In this document: in pieces, positions 12,840-32,150 of the stretch
Layout of the letters: each line of letters opens with the position of its first letter
Position numbering within the stretch: position 1 is the first letter of the stretch
Source of the DNA: Octopus vulgaris
Taxonomy: Eukaryota
NCBI GenBank assembly: GCA_951406725.2
Contig: OX597841.1
Location: 4,650,001 to 4,714,000 of the forward strand
Length of the DNA: 64,000 nt
Direction of reading: 5' to 3'
Position numbers and translations under genes: made by a program
Notes under the pieces: generated by a model
Database searches by the model: none
Told to the model about the DNA's origin: nothing
Seen by the model: only the letters and a program-made list of their open reading frames with translations

Positions 12840-13830
12840 TACAGGGTGGGAAGCAAAATTTACAATATTTTGATTGAAAGACAGTGTACGACCAACAAGT
12901 TTATTGAAAGTCATGAGAATTTATTTGCCACAAGAAAATTTACATAATAGAAAATGTTTTTATTCTATGTGTCCACCTTTCTCAATAACTGCCTTCACAC
13001 TCTTCCTGAAACTTGCACAAGTGTTCCTCAAATATTCTGGAGACAACTTCTCCCATTCTTCTTCAATAGTATTGTTAAGAGAGTCGACATTGCTGTGTGA
13101 TGTTCTATTGGTAGCATGTTCTAAAACGCCCCGAATAGCATAATCCAGAGGGTTTAGATCTGGGCTAGAAGGCGGCCATAAACATGATTCCAAAAAAATT
13201 GCTAAAGTTGGATTTGCAGAAATCTTGTATTTTTCTTGCTGTGTGGGCTGGAGCACCATCCTGTGTCCATACATAATTACCATCTGGGTAGTTTGCTTTA
13301 AGCCATGGCAATACCTGGTATCTCAGAGTCTTGTAGTAAGTATTAACATTGATCTTTTCATCAGGTTTGTAGAATTTTATAGGCATTTTCTTTCCATCGG
13401 AATCCACAACACCAAAAGCCATAACTTGAGCAGGATGTTTTGTTTTGAATGTCCCCTTAACCTCAGCTGTCGATTTTGCGATAAAACTGTCAATTCTGCG
13501 GTTCAGAACAGCATCGACAGTGAAGATCTTTTCATCTGAAAAGATCGTTACAATGGAGGACTTTTTCTTGAACCATGTAATAATTTTCTTGCACCTTTCC
13601 AATCTCCTTTCTTTCATAGCTGTTGTCAACAAGTGTTTTGGTGTTCTTGTGTAAGATTTTAACCTGAAATCATATTTTACTGCATTTCTAATTGTCTTGT
13701 TGTCTACCTCAAGTTCAATTGCCATTTTTCTCATGGATTTGGTTGGATCCTTTAGGATTTTGGATTTGAGAGCTTTAATAAAAGCTTTGGTACGTTTTTT
13801 GTTTTTAATCTCATTTGCTTGTTTCATTGA
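12840..13830 (-). mobile_element. 5'-truncated Tc1/mariner DD37D (maT-type) transposon with one terminal repeat
   Basis: ORFs 13165-13827 and 12960-13283 give IFSDEKIFTV / WTQDGAPAH / WPPSSPDLNPLDY. Removing one base from the A7 run near 13195 joins them with 37 residues between the second and third Asp. End TA-CAGGGTGGGAAGCAAAATT at 12840; the other end and first HTH are missing. Confidence 0.92.
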
Positions 13831-14891
13831 TTAGACTACGGCCATGATGGGGCACCACCATAAAAGAAGTTTACTCGAATGAATTTACTAAACTTATATT
13901 TATTTTTTTATTTATTTATTTAATGCCAGTAGGACTGAACCCGGATCCATGCGGTTGGGAAACAAACTTCTTACCAAATACCCACGCCAGTTATATATAC
14001 TCGTGTGTGTGTGTGTATGTGTATGTGTGTGTTTGCGCGCGCGCGCGTTTGCATGTGTATTAATACGCACACATGTACATATGTAATACCTATATGTATA
14101 TGTGTGTGCATGTGTATGTATATGTGTGTGTGCGTGTGTATGTGTGTAGATGTGTGCGTGTATATGTATATGTATATGTGTGTGTGTATGTATATGTGTA
14201 TATGTGTATATGTATATGTGTATATGTATATGTATATGTGTATATGTATATGTATATGTATATATGTATATGTATATGTGTATATGTATATGTATATGTG
14301 TATATGTATATGTATATGTGTATATATATATGTATGTATATGTGTATGTATATATGTGTATATGTATATGTATATGTGTATATGTATATATATATGTGTA
14401 TATGTATATGTATATGTGTATATGTATATATATATATGTGTATATGTATATGTATATATGTGTATATATATATATATATATGTATGTATATGTGTATATA
14501 TATATATATGTGTGTGCGTGTGTATGTGTGTAGATGTGTGTGTGTGTGTATGTGTGTGTGCGTGTGTATGTGTGTAGATGTGTGTGTGTGTGTGCAAATG
14601 TATATCAATGAGTACATAGTTGTTTGTGTGTCGATAAGTTAATATCTATATCATTACTTCATTCACTCTATAACAAACCTAAAGTACAAAAGCCACCACT
14701 GTTCACAAAAGGAACTCCATACCTTGTAACTAATCGTGTATTTGAGTTCAATTCTTTCATCGTATTTACTGACTAACTCAACAGAAATGACGTTTTGTTT
14801 AGCCTAACATATCGTGTTTTCAACAGACACTGATGAAATTAGTTAAACAGAGATCGCCGAACGTAAACAGTAACTATATATCTAAACTTTG

Positions 14892-15219
14892 GTGAGGGCG
14901 CGTGGCTTAGTGGTTAGGGCATTCGGCTCATGATCGTAAGGTTGTGAGTTCGATTCCCGGCGACGCGTTGTGTCCTTGAGCAAGACACTTTATTTCACGT
15001 TGCTCCAGTCCACTCAGCTGGCAAAAATGAGTTGTACTTGTATTTCAAAGGGTCAGCCTTGTCACTCTCTGTGTCACGCTGATTATCCCCGAGAACTACG
15101 TTAAGGGTACACGTGTCTGTGGAATGCTCAGCCATTTGCACGTTAATTTCACGAGCAAGCTGTTCCGTTGATCGTATCAGCTGGGACCCTCGTCGTCGTA
15201 GCCGGCGGAGTCTTTTTTA
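14892..15219 (+). mobile_element. SINE family D head with tail Y, in a 12-bp TSD
   Basis: TSD atctaaactttg at 14880-14891 and 15220-15231; A and B boxes intact. Confidence 0.9.
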
Positions 15220-15902
15220 ATCTAAACTTTGAATGAGATTCGATACAAATCGTATGAAAAACATCTTTTATCGTTGGTTTGACATTGAATTGCGGTCATG
15301 GTGGAGCACTGCTTTGGATGGATTTAAAAAGAAAATGGCCGGCACTTATTATATCGGTCTCTTTATCCCGAAACCGCTTGGCTTCTTGAACGTAAACCAA
15401 CCTACACCGGTTGTCAAGTGGTGGTTGCGGACAAACACAAAGACACATTCACACTCACACACACACACACACACATTTGCATAAATATATATATGACGAG
15501 CTTCTTTTAGTTTCCGTCTACCAAATTTCGCTCACAAAGCTTTGGTCATCGGCCCAGGACTATATAGTAAAAGGCACTTGCCCAGGGTGCCACAAAGAGG
15601 GACTGAACCCCGAACCATGGTAGTTTTCGGAAGCAAGCTTCTTACACTACGACCATGCGCCCATCTATATCTCAATCAAACAAATAAAATAAAATAAAAT
15701 AAAATGATTAAAAAAAGAACGGTAACAAATCTATGTTTAAAATTCGGACACATTTTTTAATATACTAAGAGGCAAACAATTAAAAATTGATTAAATAAAT
15801 TGAGAACAGATATGAGAAAGAACTCATTACAAGGATGTGTTGAAAATTTCCTGGCTTTGGGTAAACGAAAATACAGGAGGATCAGTTAATTATAATTCTA
15901 TA

Positions 15903-16285
15903 CAGTAGAAGCACTCCGTCGGTTACGACGACGAGGGTTCCGGTTGATCCGAATCAACGGAACAGCCTGCTCGTGAAATTAACGTGTAAGTGGCTGAGCA
16001 CTCCACAGACACGTGTACCCTTAACGTAGTTCTCGGGGATATTCAGCGTGACACAGAGAGTGACAAGGCCGGCCCCTTGAAATACAGGTACAACCGAAAC
16101 AGGAAGTAAGAGTGAGAGAAAGTTGTGGTGAAAGAGTACAGCAGGGATCATCATCCCCTGCCGGAGCCTCGTGGAGCTTTAGGTGTTTTCGCTCAATAAA
16201 CACTCACAACGCCCGGTCTGGGAATCGAAACCGCGATCCTACAACCGCGAGTCCGCTGCCCTAACCACTGGGCCATTGCGCCTCC
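15903..16285 (-). mobile_element. SINE family C head with tail Y, in a 9-bp TSD, inserted into a mariner-type end (15828-15900)
   Basis: TSD aattctata at 15894-15902 and 16286-16294; flank TACAAGGATGTGTTGAAAATTTCCTGGCTTT resembles a mariner TIR. Confidence 0.88.
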
Positions 16286-16312
16286 AATTCTATAGAATAT
16301 ATCCCCGCTCAA

Positions 16313-17165
16313 GGGCGGCGAGCTGGCAGAAACGTTAGCACGCCGGGCGAAATGACTAGCGGTAGTCGGTATTTCATCTGCCGTTACGTTCTGGGTTCAA
16401 ATTCCGCCGAGGTTGACTTTGCCTTTCATTCCTTTCGGGGTTGGTAAATTAAGTACCTATTTCTTTATTACCCACAAGGGGCTAAACATAGAAGGGACAA
16501 ACAAGGACAGACATAGGTATTAAGTCGATTACATCGACCCCAGTGCGTAACTGGTACTTAATTTATCGACCCCGAAAGGAGGAAAGGCAAAGTCGACCTC
16601 GGCGGAATTTGTACTCAGAACGTAACGGCAGACGAAATACCGCTAAGCATTTCGCCCGGCGTGCTAACGATTCTGCCAGCTCGCCGGGTCGGTAAATTAA
16701 GTACCAGTTGCGTACTGAGTCCGATCTAATCGGCTTAATCTCCTTGTTTGTCCCCTCTATGTGGGCAATAAAGAAATAAGAAACGTTAGCACGCCGAGCG
16801 AAATGCTTAGCGGTATTTCGTCTGTCTTTACGTTCTGAGTTCAAATTCCGCCGAGGTTGACTTTGCTTTTCATCCTTCCGGGTTCGATAAATTAAGTACC
16901 AGTTACGCACTGGGGTCGATATAATCGACTTGATCCGTTTGTTTGTCCTTGTTTGTCCCCTCTATGTTTAGCCCCTTGTGGGTAGTAAAGAAATAGGTAT
17001 TTCATCTGTCGTTACGTTCTGGGTTCAAATTCCGCCGAGGTTGACTTTGCTTTTTATTCCTTTCGGGGTCGATAAATTAAGTACCAGTTACGCACTGGGG
17101 TCGATATAATCGACTGGCCCCGTCCCCAAAAGTTTCGGGCCTTGTGCCTAGTGTAGAAAAGAATA
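16313..17165 (+). mobile_element. Nested SINE B cluster (antisense copy 16458-16685 inside a sense copy, then a head + 2 units)
   Basis: TSD gggtYggtaaattaagtacc at 16438-16457 and 16686-16705. Confidence 0.85.
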
Positions 17166-17179
17166 TATCTTGGACCTTG

Positions 17180-17663
17180 GAAAAAAAAAAACTTTGATCG
17201 TCTTGTTGTAGTCGAGGGCTCTTCGTTGACGCCCGACACTATTGGGAAGGTGGCCCCTCGAAGTCGCTGGAAATGGAGATCTCCAGGTCCAAATTCTTGA
17301 ATGGCTGCCGTTGGGCCGCTGACGTTGCTTCCGCTGTTGCTGGTTGCCGTTGTTAATTCCAGTTGCTGTTGTCGTCGTTGTGGTGAGAGTGTTGATGGTC
17401 GTTGCAGTGGTGGTGGCGGCGGTGGCGATGGTGGTGGTGGTGGTGGTGGTGGTGGCGGCGGCGGCGGTGGTGGTGGTGATGGTGGTGGTGGTGGTGGTAG
17501 TGGTGGTGGTGGTAGTGGTGATGGTGGTGGTGGTGGTGTAACTGTTAGCGGTGCAATTTCTTGTTGCTGGTAGTGGTGGTGGCGGCGGCGGCGGCGAGGG
17601 TGGCGGCGGTTTACTTGTTGGCTGATTTCACTCCCCGTACGTACGTGCGGTGCAGGCAAAGAC
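17180..17663 (-). CDS. Possible Pro/His/Arg-rich exon on the opposite strand
   Basis: GC-rich open frame SLPAPHVRTGSEISQQVNRRHPRRRRRHHHYQQQ...poly-P...GPGDLHFQRLRGATFP preceded by the acceptor-like ttgagaacag. No recognisable domain and no clear donor. Confidence 0.3.
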
Positions 17664-17844
17664 CTGTTCTCAAGATAAAATAGTTTAACGTTTCCACGTT
17701 ATCAATGAGAGTCAGTGATCACATGACCCGAACGGCGGGGTGGTGGTCGGGTAGTGGGGTGGGGGGAGGAGAGGGTTGAGGCTATTCGGTGTACCATGTC
17801 TGTGTACGCTATCCTTCATTCAACACACACACATACTACTACTA

Positions 17845-17846
17845 AC

Positions 17847-17909
<63 letters not shown>

Positions 17910-17931
17910 GATAATAATAATAATAATAATG

Positions 17932-17999
<68 letters not shown>

Positions 18000-18216
18000 G
18001 ATAATGATAATAATAATAATAATAATGATAATAAAAATGTTAATAATAATAATGATAATGATAATAATAATAACAATAATAATAATAATAATAATAATGA
18101 TAATAATAATAATAATAATGATAATAATAATAATAATGATAATAATAATAATAATAATGATAATAATAATAATAATATTAATAATAATGATAATAATAAT
18201 AATAATAATAGTAATG

Positions 18217-18263
<47 letters not shown>

Positions 18264-18390
18264 GATAATAATAATAATAATAATAATAATGATAATAATA
18301 ATAATAATAATAATAGTAATAATAATGATGATAGCATTAGCAATCACTACTACTACTGCTGCTGTTACTACTACTACTACTACTACTACT
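17845..18390 (+). repeat. (AAT/GAT)n then (ACT)n microsatellite
   Basis: Direct. Confidence 0.95.
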
Positions 18391-18562
18391 GAGTCTTCTT
18401 CATATACAGGTGTTTCAGCATGAGGTCCATAAATGTGTGTGTGAGTGTGTGTGTGTGTGTGTTTAATGCTAAAGAGATACGAAAATAGACAGTGAGACGG
18501 TTGGGGAAGGTGGGGGTGAGTAGGACTCGTAAATTGAGAGATAAGAGGATATATATATATAA

Positions 18563-18599
<37 letters not shown>

Positions 18600-18797
18600 C
18601 ACGTAAATACCGATAATTGGAATGTGTGTGCATGTTCATACACATGTAGCATATGCATATGAATATGTGTATATGTGTGTATATACATATATACCCTTAT
18701 ATATACACACATATCTATATATTTATATATATCAATATATATATATATTTATGTATATATATATATTTATGTATATATATATATTTATATTTATATT

Positions 18798-18836
<39 letters not shown>

Positions 18837-18846
18837 ATTTATATAA

Positions 18847-18913
<67 letters not shown>

Positions 18914-18998
18914 AGGATGAAAAGGAACACACGAGTTGATATATATGGGAAAACAAGTCAAGATAGAAAATGCTAAAATAATTTTATAAAGAACATTT

Positions 18999-19035
18999 CA
19001 GTACCGGTTTCGGTCATTTGAGACCTTTTCAACTG
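18999..19035 (-). ncRNA. Minimal hammerhead with U3-A8 core covariation
   Basis: Minus strand: cag-TTGAAAA-ggtc tcaaat gacc-GAA-ACCGGT-A-ctg. Confidence 0.65.
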
Positions 19036-19206
19036 TAACGATTAAATAATTAAATTTAGAAAAATTAAAAGAAAAGTTTCTTTAAAAGAATATTTGTATA
19101 GTGTTCAAATATAAGTGGCATTTTCCTTGTTTCTGCCTTTCTTGGTTACACTTGTCGCAAACGTAAACAAGAAAGACAATTTATATTATAGATATATCTG
19201 TGTATA

Positions 19207-19286
<80 letters not shown>

Positions 19287-19293
19287 TGCATAC

Positions 19294-19383
<90 letters not shown>

Positions 19384-19432
19384 GTATATATATATATATA
19401 TATATGCATATATATAACTGTATGTATATATG

Positions 19433-19500
<68 letters not shown>

Positions 19501-20124
19501 GCCTTCTTTGAGTGTTTATCCACCAAACGCACACACAAGGCCTCCTAAATTAGAAAACACCTTCACAGTTAGGCTTACAATGGGACTGAATTGAAAACCA
19601 CGTGGTTCAGAGGTAAACTTCTCGTCACATAGCCGCAGCACCCGCAGCCCCACACGTTGTACAATGGAAATCAAACCCCCAATACAAAAATGCTTTAGCC
19701 TATGTTTAATACAACCTTGACTAAGACTGCCACTTGTTCATGGAAACTAAGCACCTTATTAAATGGCATTGTAACCTGTGATAATTTTATTCTGTAATAC
19801 ATTGTCATAAACATCCGTTAAATATAATAGTGTACAGTACTTGTATATAATTGTCATTTGTGAAGTTTTGTTCCCAACGAATCTTAAGTATTATGCATGT
19901 CTATTTGCCTTTTGTTTAAGTTATATTTCACACACCTTAAGCTAGTAATTTATATATTTCTTTTGTTAACGCGTGTTCCGAACACCAGTTTAATATATTA
20001 ATACACATTTGCCTTTTGTTGATTTCTGTATCAAATATAGCGCCGGCACGATTGTGAGGTTAACGAGCTTACCTTGCAACCACGCGGTTTGGAGGATGGT
20101 CAGTTCCACTGTATAACACCTTGG

Positions 20125-20872
20125 GCGGTGGAGCTGGCAGAGTGGTTAGCACGCCGGGCGAAATGCTGAGCCGTATTTCGTCTGCCGTCCAAATTCCGCC
20201 GAGGTCGACTTTGCCTTTCATCCTTTCGGGGTCGATAAATTAAGTACTAGTTACGCACTAGGGTCGATGTAATCGACTTAAGCCGTTTGTCTCTCCTTGT
20301 TTGTCCCCCTCTGTGTTTAGCCCCTTGTGGGTAGTAAAGATATAGGTATTTCGTATGCCGTTACGTTCTGAGTTCAAATTCCGCCGAGGTCGACTTTGCC
20401 TTTCATCCTTTCGGGGTCGATAAATTAAGTACTAGTTACGCACTGGGGTCGATGTAATCGACTTAAGCCGTTTGTCTGTCCTTGTTTGTCCCCCTCTGTG
20501 TTTAGCCCCTTGTGGTTAGTAAAGATATAGGTATTTCTTCTACCGTTACGTTCAGAGTTCAAATTCCGCTGAGGTCGACTTTGCCTTTCATCCTTTCGGG
20601 GTCGATAAATTAAGTTCTAGTTACGCACTGGGGTCGATGTAATCGACTTAAGCCGTTTGTCTGTCCTTGTTTAGCCCCTTGTGGGTAGTAAAGATATAGG
20701 TATTTTGTCTGCCGTTACGTTCTGAGTTCAAATTCCGCCGATTGTCGACTTTGCCTTTCATCCTTTCGGGGTCGATAAATTAAGTATCAGTTACGCACTG
20801 GGGTCGATGTAATCGACTTAAGCCGTTTGTCTGTCCTTGTTTGTCTCCCTCTGTGTTTAGCCCCTTGTGGGT
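20125..20872 (+). repeat. SINE B head + 4 tandem units
   Basis: Units joined at aaagatatag|gtattt; inserted right after a family A head fragment (20040-20125). Confidence 0.9.
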
Positions 20873-21269
20873 ATATATATCATGACTATTATTATCATTT
20901 AACATCCATTGTCCATGAGGGCATCGGTTGGATAGTCTGAGCAGGGCTGGTAAGCTGAGGGGCCGCGCCAGACTCCAGTCTGATTTGGCATGGTTTCTAC
21001 AGCTGAATGCCCTTCTCAATGCCAACCACACTGAGAGCGTAATGGGTACATACCACTGGCACAGGTGCCAATTGTGTACCACTAGCATTTGCCACAACTA
21101 CGATTTCACTTGGCTTGATGGATCTTCCTTTTCTAACACAGCACATTGCATATTTCCAAGGGTCAAGTACAGTATATGTATGTATGTAAGGGGCGGGCGT
21201 GGTAGTGTGTTATGGAGTTTGTTTCCCAACCACATGGTTCTCGGTTCAATCCCACTGTGTGGCACCTTG

Positions 21270-21922
21270 GGCCCAACTACAGCCTGGGGCCCAACTACAG
21301 CCTTCGGCCCAACTACAGCCTTCGGCCCAACTACAGCCTTCGGCCCAACTGCAGCCTTCAGCCCAACTACAGCCTTCGGCCCAACTGCAGCCTTCAGCCC
21401 AACTACAGCCTTCGGCCCAACTACAGCCTTCAGCCCAACTACAGCCTTCAGCCCAACTACAGCCTTCGGCCCAACTACAGCCTTCAGCCCAACTACAGCC
21501 TTCAGCCCAACTACAGCCTTCGGCCCAACTGCAGCCTTCAGCCCAACTACAGCCTTCAGCCCAATTACAGCCTTCAGCCCAACTACAGCCTTCGGTCCAA
21601 CTACAGCCTTCAGCCCAACTACAGCCTTCGGCCCAACTACAGCCTGGGGCCCAACTACAGCCTTGGGCCCAACAACAGCCTTCAGCCCAACTGCAGCCTT
21701 CAGCCCAACTGCAGCCTTCAGCCCAACTACAGCCTTCGGCCCAACTACAGCCTTCAGCCCAACTACAGCCTTTGGTCCAACTACAGCCTTCAGTCCAACT
21801 ACAGCCTTCGGCCCAACTGCAGCCTTCAGCCCAACTACAGCCTTCGGCCCAACTACAGCCTTCAGCCCAACTACAGCCTTCGGCCCAACTACAGCATGGG
21901 GCCCAACTACAGCCCTCGGCCC
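21270..21922 (+). repeat. 18-bp minisatellite (~36 x RGCCCAACTRCAGCCTTC) inside a SINE A copy (21192-21975)
   Basis: Direct periodicity; SINE head on the left and ccaaagccttatgagtggattt on the right. Confidence 0.95.
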
Positions 21923-22400
21923 AGCCAAAGCCTTATGAGTGGATTTCGTTGACAGAAACTGAAAGAAACCCGCATACGTGTGTGTGTTTTTGTGGGAGTG
22001 AACCCAAGACCACATGTTTGATAAACAAGCTTTTTAACCACAGAGTCACACCTACAGTTACTTGTATGTTTATTGATTTAGCTTCCAGATTCTAGTTTAC
22101 TATATATCAACACATATTTTCCTTTTCTTTAGATGATATTCCAAAATCTATTATTATTATGCAAATACATTTTATTGCCTGGATTTATATTCCAAAATCT
22201 CTGTAGTATGTGCGTGTCTATATATATGTGTGTGTGTGCGTGACCTTTGTTGTTCCAAGTGCCATTTTCACATGTGAACATGTATTTCATTTATATTTCA
22301 TATATTAGGTAAGTTTTGTGTCACAGTGTCACAGACCAGTGTAATATATCGACGCAAAATTTGTCTTTCATGAAATTCTAAACATCTAAACACTAACACT

Positions 22401-22463
<63 letters not shown>

Positions 22464-22620
22464 ATATATATATATTCTTGAATATATATATATATATATG
22501 TATGTATATATATATATATTTATATATGTATATATGTAAGTATATATATATTTGAATATATATATATATATATGTATGTGTATATATATATATATTTATA
22601 TATGTATATATGTAAGTATA

Positions 22621-22693
<73 letters not shown>

Positions 22694-23004
22694 TATATAT
22701 ATATATGTATGTGTATATGTATATACATATATATTGCTGTATGTTTGCCATATGTTAAATGTCAAACACCAAACTAATATACAGATATAGATTTGTCTTT
22801 TAATAAATCATATTCCAAGCCACAGCTTAAATATACCAATATATTTAATCCTTTACCGAGTTATTTTACAACACAATAATGTAATAAAACCAATATATAT
22901 CTATGTGTCGAGTCATCTTTGAAATGCAATTTTAATATCAGACAGGTCCAGATAAGACAGTGAGGTTAAGATGTTAGCTGTGCAAACATGTAGAATGCTT
23001 TGCG

Positions 23005-24640
23005 GTACTTCGTCTGCCGTTACGTTCTGAGTTCAAATTCCGCCGAGGTCGACTTTGCCTTTCATCCTTTCGGGGTCGATAAATTAAGTACCAGTTACGC
23101 ACTGGGGTCGATGTAATCGACATAATACCTATGTCTGTCCTTGTTTGTCCCCTCTATGTTTAGCCCCTTGTGGGTAGTAAAGAAATAGGTATTTCGTCTG
23201 CCGTTACGTTGTGAGTTCAAATTCCGCCGAGGTCGACTTTGCCTTTCATCCTTTCGGGGTCGATAAATTAAGTACCAGTTACGCACTGGAGTCGATGTAA
23301 TCGACATAATACCTATGTCTGTCCTTGTTTGTCCCCTCTATGTTTAGCCCCTTGTGGGTAGTAAAGAAATAGGTATTTCGTCTGCCGTTACGTTGTGAGT
23401 TCAAATTCCGCCGAGGTCGACTTTGCCTTTCATCCTTTCGGGATCGATAAATTAAGTACCAGTTAGGCACTGGGGTCGATGTAATCGACATAATACCTAC
23501 GTCTGTCCTTGTTCGTCCCCTCTATGTTTAGCCCCTTGTGGGTAGTAAAGAAATAGGTACTTCGTCTGCCGTTACGTTGTGAGTTCAAATTCCGCCGAGG
23601 TCGACTTTGCCTTTCATCCTTTCGGGGTCGATAAATTAAGTACCAGTTACGCACTGGGGTCTATGTAATCAACATAATACCTATGTCTGTCCTTGTTTGT
23701 CCCCTCTATGTTTAGCCCCTTGTGGGTAGTAAAGAAATAGGTATTTCGTCTGCCGTTACGTTGTGAGTTCAAATTCCGCCGAGGTCGACTTTGCCTTTCA
23801 TCCTTTCGGGGTCGATAAATTAAGTACCAGTTACGCACTGGGGTCGATGAAATCGACATAATACCTATGCCTGTCCTTGTTTGTCCCCTCTGTGTTTAGC
23901 CCCTTGTGGGTAGTAAAGAAATAGGTATTTCGTCTGCCGTTACGTTGTGAGTTCAAATTCCGCCGAGGTCGACTTTGCCTTTCATCCTTTCGGGGTCGAT
24001 AAATTAAGTACCAGTTACGCACTGGGGTCTATGTAATCAACATAATACCTATGTCTGTCCTTGTTTGTCCCCTCTATGTTTAGCCCCTTGTGGGTAGTAA
24101 AGAAATAGGTATTTCGTCAGCCGTTACGTTGTGAGTTCAAATTCCGCCGAGGTCGACTTTGCCTTTCATCCTTTCGGGGTCGATAAATTAAGTACCAGTT
24201 ACGCACTGGGGTCGAGGAAATCGACATAATACCTATGCCTGTCCTTGTTTGTCCCCTCTGTGTTTAGCCCCTTGTGGGTAGTAAAGAAATAGGTATTTCG
24301 TCTGCCGTTACGTTGTGAGTTCAAATTCCGCCGAGGTCGACTTTGCCTTTCATCCTTTCGGGGTCGATAAATTAAGTACCAGTTACGCACTGGGGTCGAG
24401 GAAATCGACATAATACCTATGCCTGTCCTTGTTTGTCCCCTCTGTGTTTAGCCCCTTGTGGGTAGTAAAGAAATAGGTATTTCGTCTGCCGTTACGTTGT
24501 GAGTTCAAATTCCGCCGAGGTCGACTTTGCCTTTCATCCTTTCGGGGTCGATAAATTAAGTACCAGTTACGCACTGGGGTCGATGTAATTGGCATAATAC
24601 CTATGTCTCTCCTTGTTTGTCCCCTCTATGTTTAGCCCCT
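23005..24640 (+). repeat. Tandem array of ~9 x 184-bp SINE B bodies
   Basis: Unit starts at 23005 + n x 184 up to 24477; the last unit is truncated. Confidence 0.95.
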
Positions 24641-24839
24641 AGGTATATGGTGTTTATTGTATTGGCTGTCCTTCCACGGCCAACACCACCAAATTGCAAA
24701 CGGGTATAGCGAAAGTTTTCCATCAAGATTTGTGATTAGATCAATGAGTAAGATTAAGTGTTTATAATGAATTTGCCATTTTCGATGGGTGAGCAGTGCA
24801 TACCAAGCTCTCTCAGAATGTATGCCCTGGTATTTCTCT

Positions 24840-30790
<5,951 letters not shown>

Positions 30791-31661
30791 ACGAGTAAGT
30801 CAGAAAGGAAATCAGAGAAACAGAAACGGCATACTGTGTGTATATAAAGTCGATCCCGATGAAATTTGAACTCAGAACATACAGTCGGAAAAAATACTGC
30901 TATGCATTTTTGTTCGGTGCGGTAACGATTCTGCCAGCTCGCAGTCTTATTTAAAGAATGGCGGCGGTGAGCTGGCAGAAACGTTAGCACGCCGGGTGAA
31001 ATGCTGGGCTGTATTTCGTCTGCCGTTACGTTCTGAGTTCAAATTCCGCCGAGGTCGATTTTGCCTTTCATCCTTTCGGGGTCGATAAATTAAGTACCAG
31101 ATGCGCACTGGAGTCGTTGTAATCGACTTAATCCCTTTGTCTGTCCTTGTTCTTTAGAGTCTTTACGTTCTGAGTTCAGATTCCGCCGAGGCCAACTTTG
31201 CCTTTGATCCACTCGGGGTTTTTCCTCGTGTTCCATTCTGTTGAAGAGCACTTGTATTGATCCAATCGGCTTTTGGTAGAAGAGACCATTTGTGTTAAAA
31301 TTAGCTTGTAGTAGTGAGCGTTAGGAGCAAAATTACATTATGGGAGTCCTGTTTTTGCATACAGATACCGGGTGTGGGATTTTCAAAATCATTTTTTGAT
31401 GAAAAAAGGGTGCTTTTTATGCCATCAATTATGGCGTATTAATTTAGAAGAAATGCAATCAAAGTAGTCGATCACATTGACTTCAGATTCGGTGCCTGGT
31501 AGAGTAGTTTGTGTGAAAGATGAGGAAACCGCTAAGGAACCAGGTTGGAAGCAGATGAAGGGACAACTTACAGAAAGGGAAGGTTTTGAAGGAGACTGTG
31601 TTAAAGTGGCCCTGAAACATCGAGTGACATGTAAGCGCGATGGACATTCAGACACTGAGAG

Positions 31662-32150
31662 GACGAGTGCGAATACGTGGTTTGAGCATGTGGTGTGAAT
31701 GCATTGTTCGAGTGCATGGTTTGAGTAGGTGGTTTGAGTGCGTGGATTGAGTGAGTAGTTTGAGTGCATGATGTGAGTGCCGAGTTTGAGTGCGTGGTTC
31801 CATAGCGTTGTTTGAGTACGCGGTGTGTGCGATTTGAGTGCGTGGCTTGAGTGGGTGGTTTGAGTGCATGGTGTGAGTGCCTGGTTTGAGCGCGTGACTC
31901 GAGTGCGTGGCTCCAGAGCGTTGTTTGAGTACACGATTTGAGAGCGTGGCTTCAGTGAGTGGCTTGAACGCGTGGTTTGAGTGCATGGTGTGAGTGCCTG
32001 GTTCGAGTGCGTGGCTCGAGTGTGTGGCTGGAGAGCGTACTTTACGTACGCAGTGTGAGTGAGTGCGTGGTTTGAGTAAATGCTTTGAGCGCGTAGTGTC
32101 ACCAGGTGACAAGAGTGCGTGGCTTGAGTGGGCGTGGCTTGAGTGGGCGT
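31662..32150 (+). repeat. Degenerate ~13-bp tandem repeat (TTTGAGTGCGTGG)
   Basis: Repeated gagtgcgtggttt / gagtgcatggtgt variants. Confidence 0.75.

Noticed and set aside
20928-22095. Long repetitive ORFs (GPTTAF, AQLQPS, PNYSL)
   Set aside because: Produced by an 18-bp minisatellite inside a SINE.
23095-24595. Repeated 63-70 aa ORFs (RNWYLIYRPRKDERQSRPRRNLNS)
   Set aside because: Antisense frame of the SINE B body; no true start codon or coding signature.
23005-24640. CRISPR-like array or hammerhead retrozyme
   Set aside because: No unique spacers, eukaryotic context, and no CUGANGA/GAAA hammerhead fold found on either strand of the unit.
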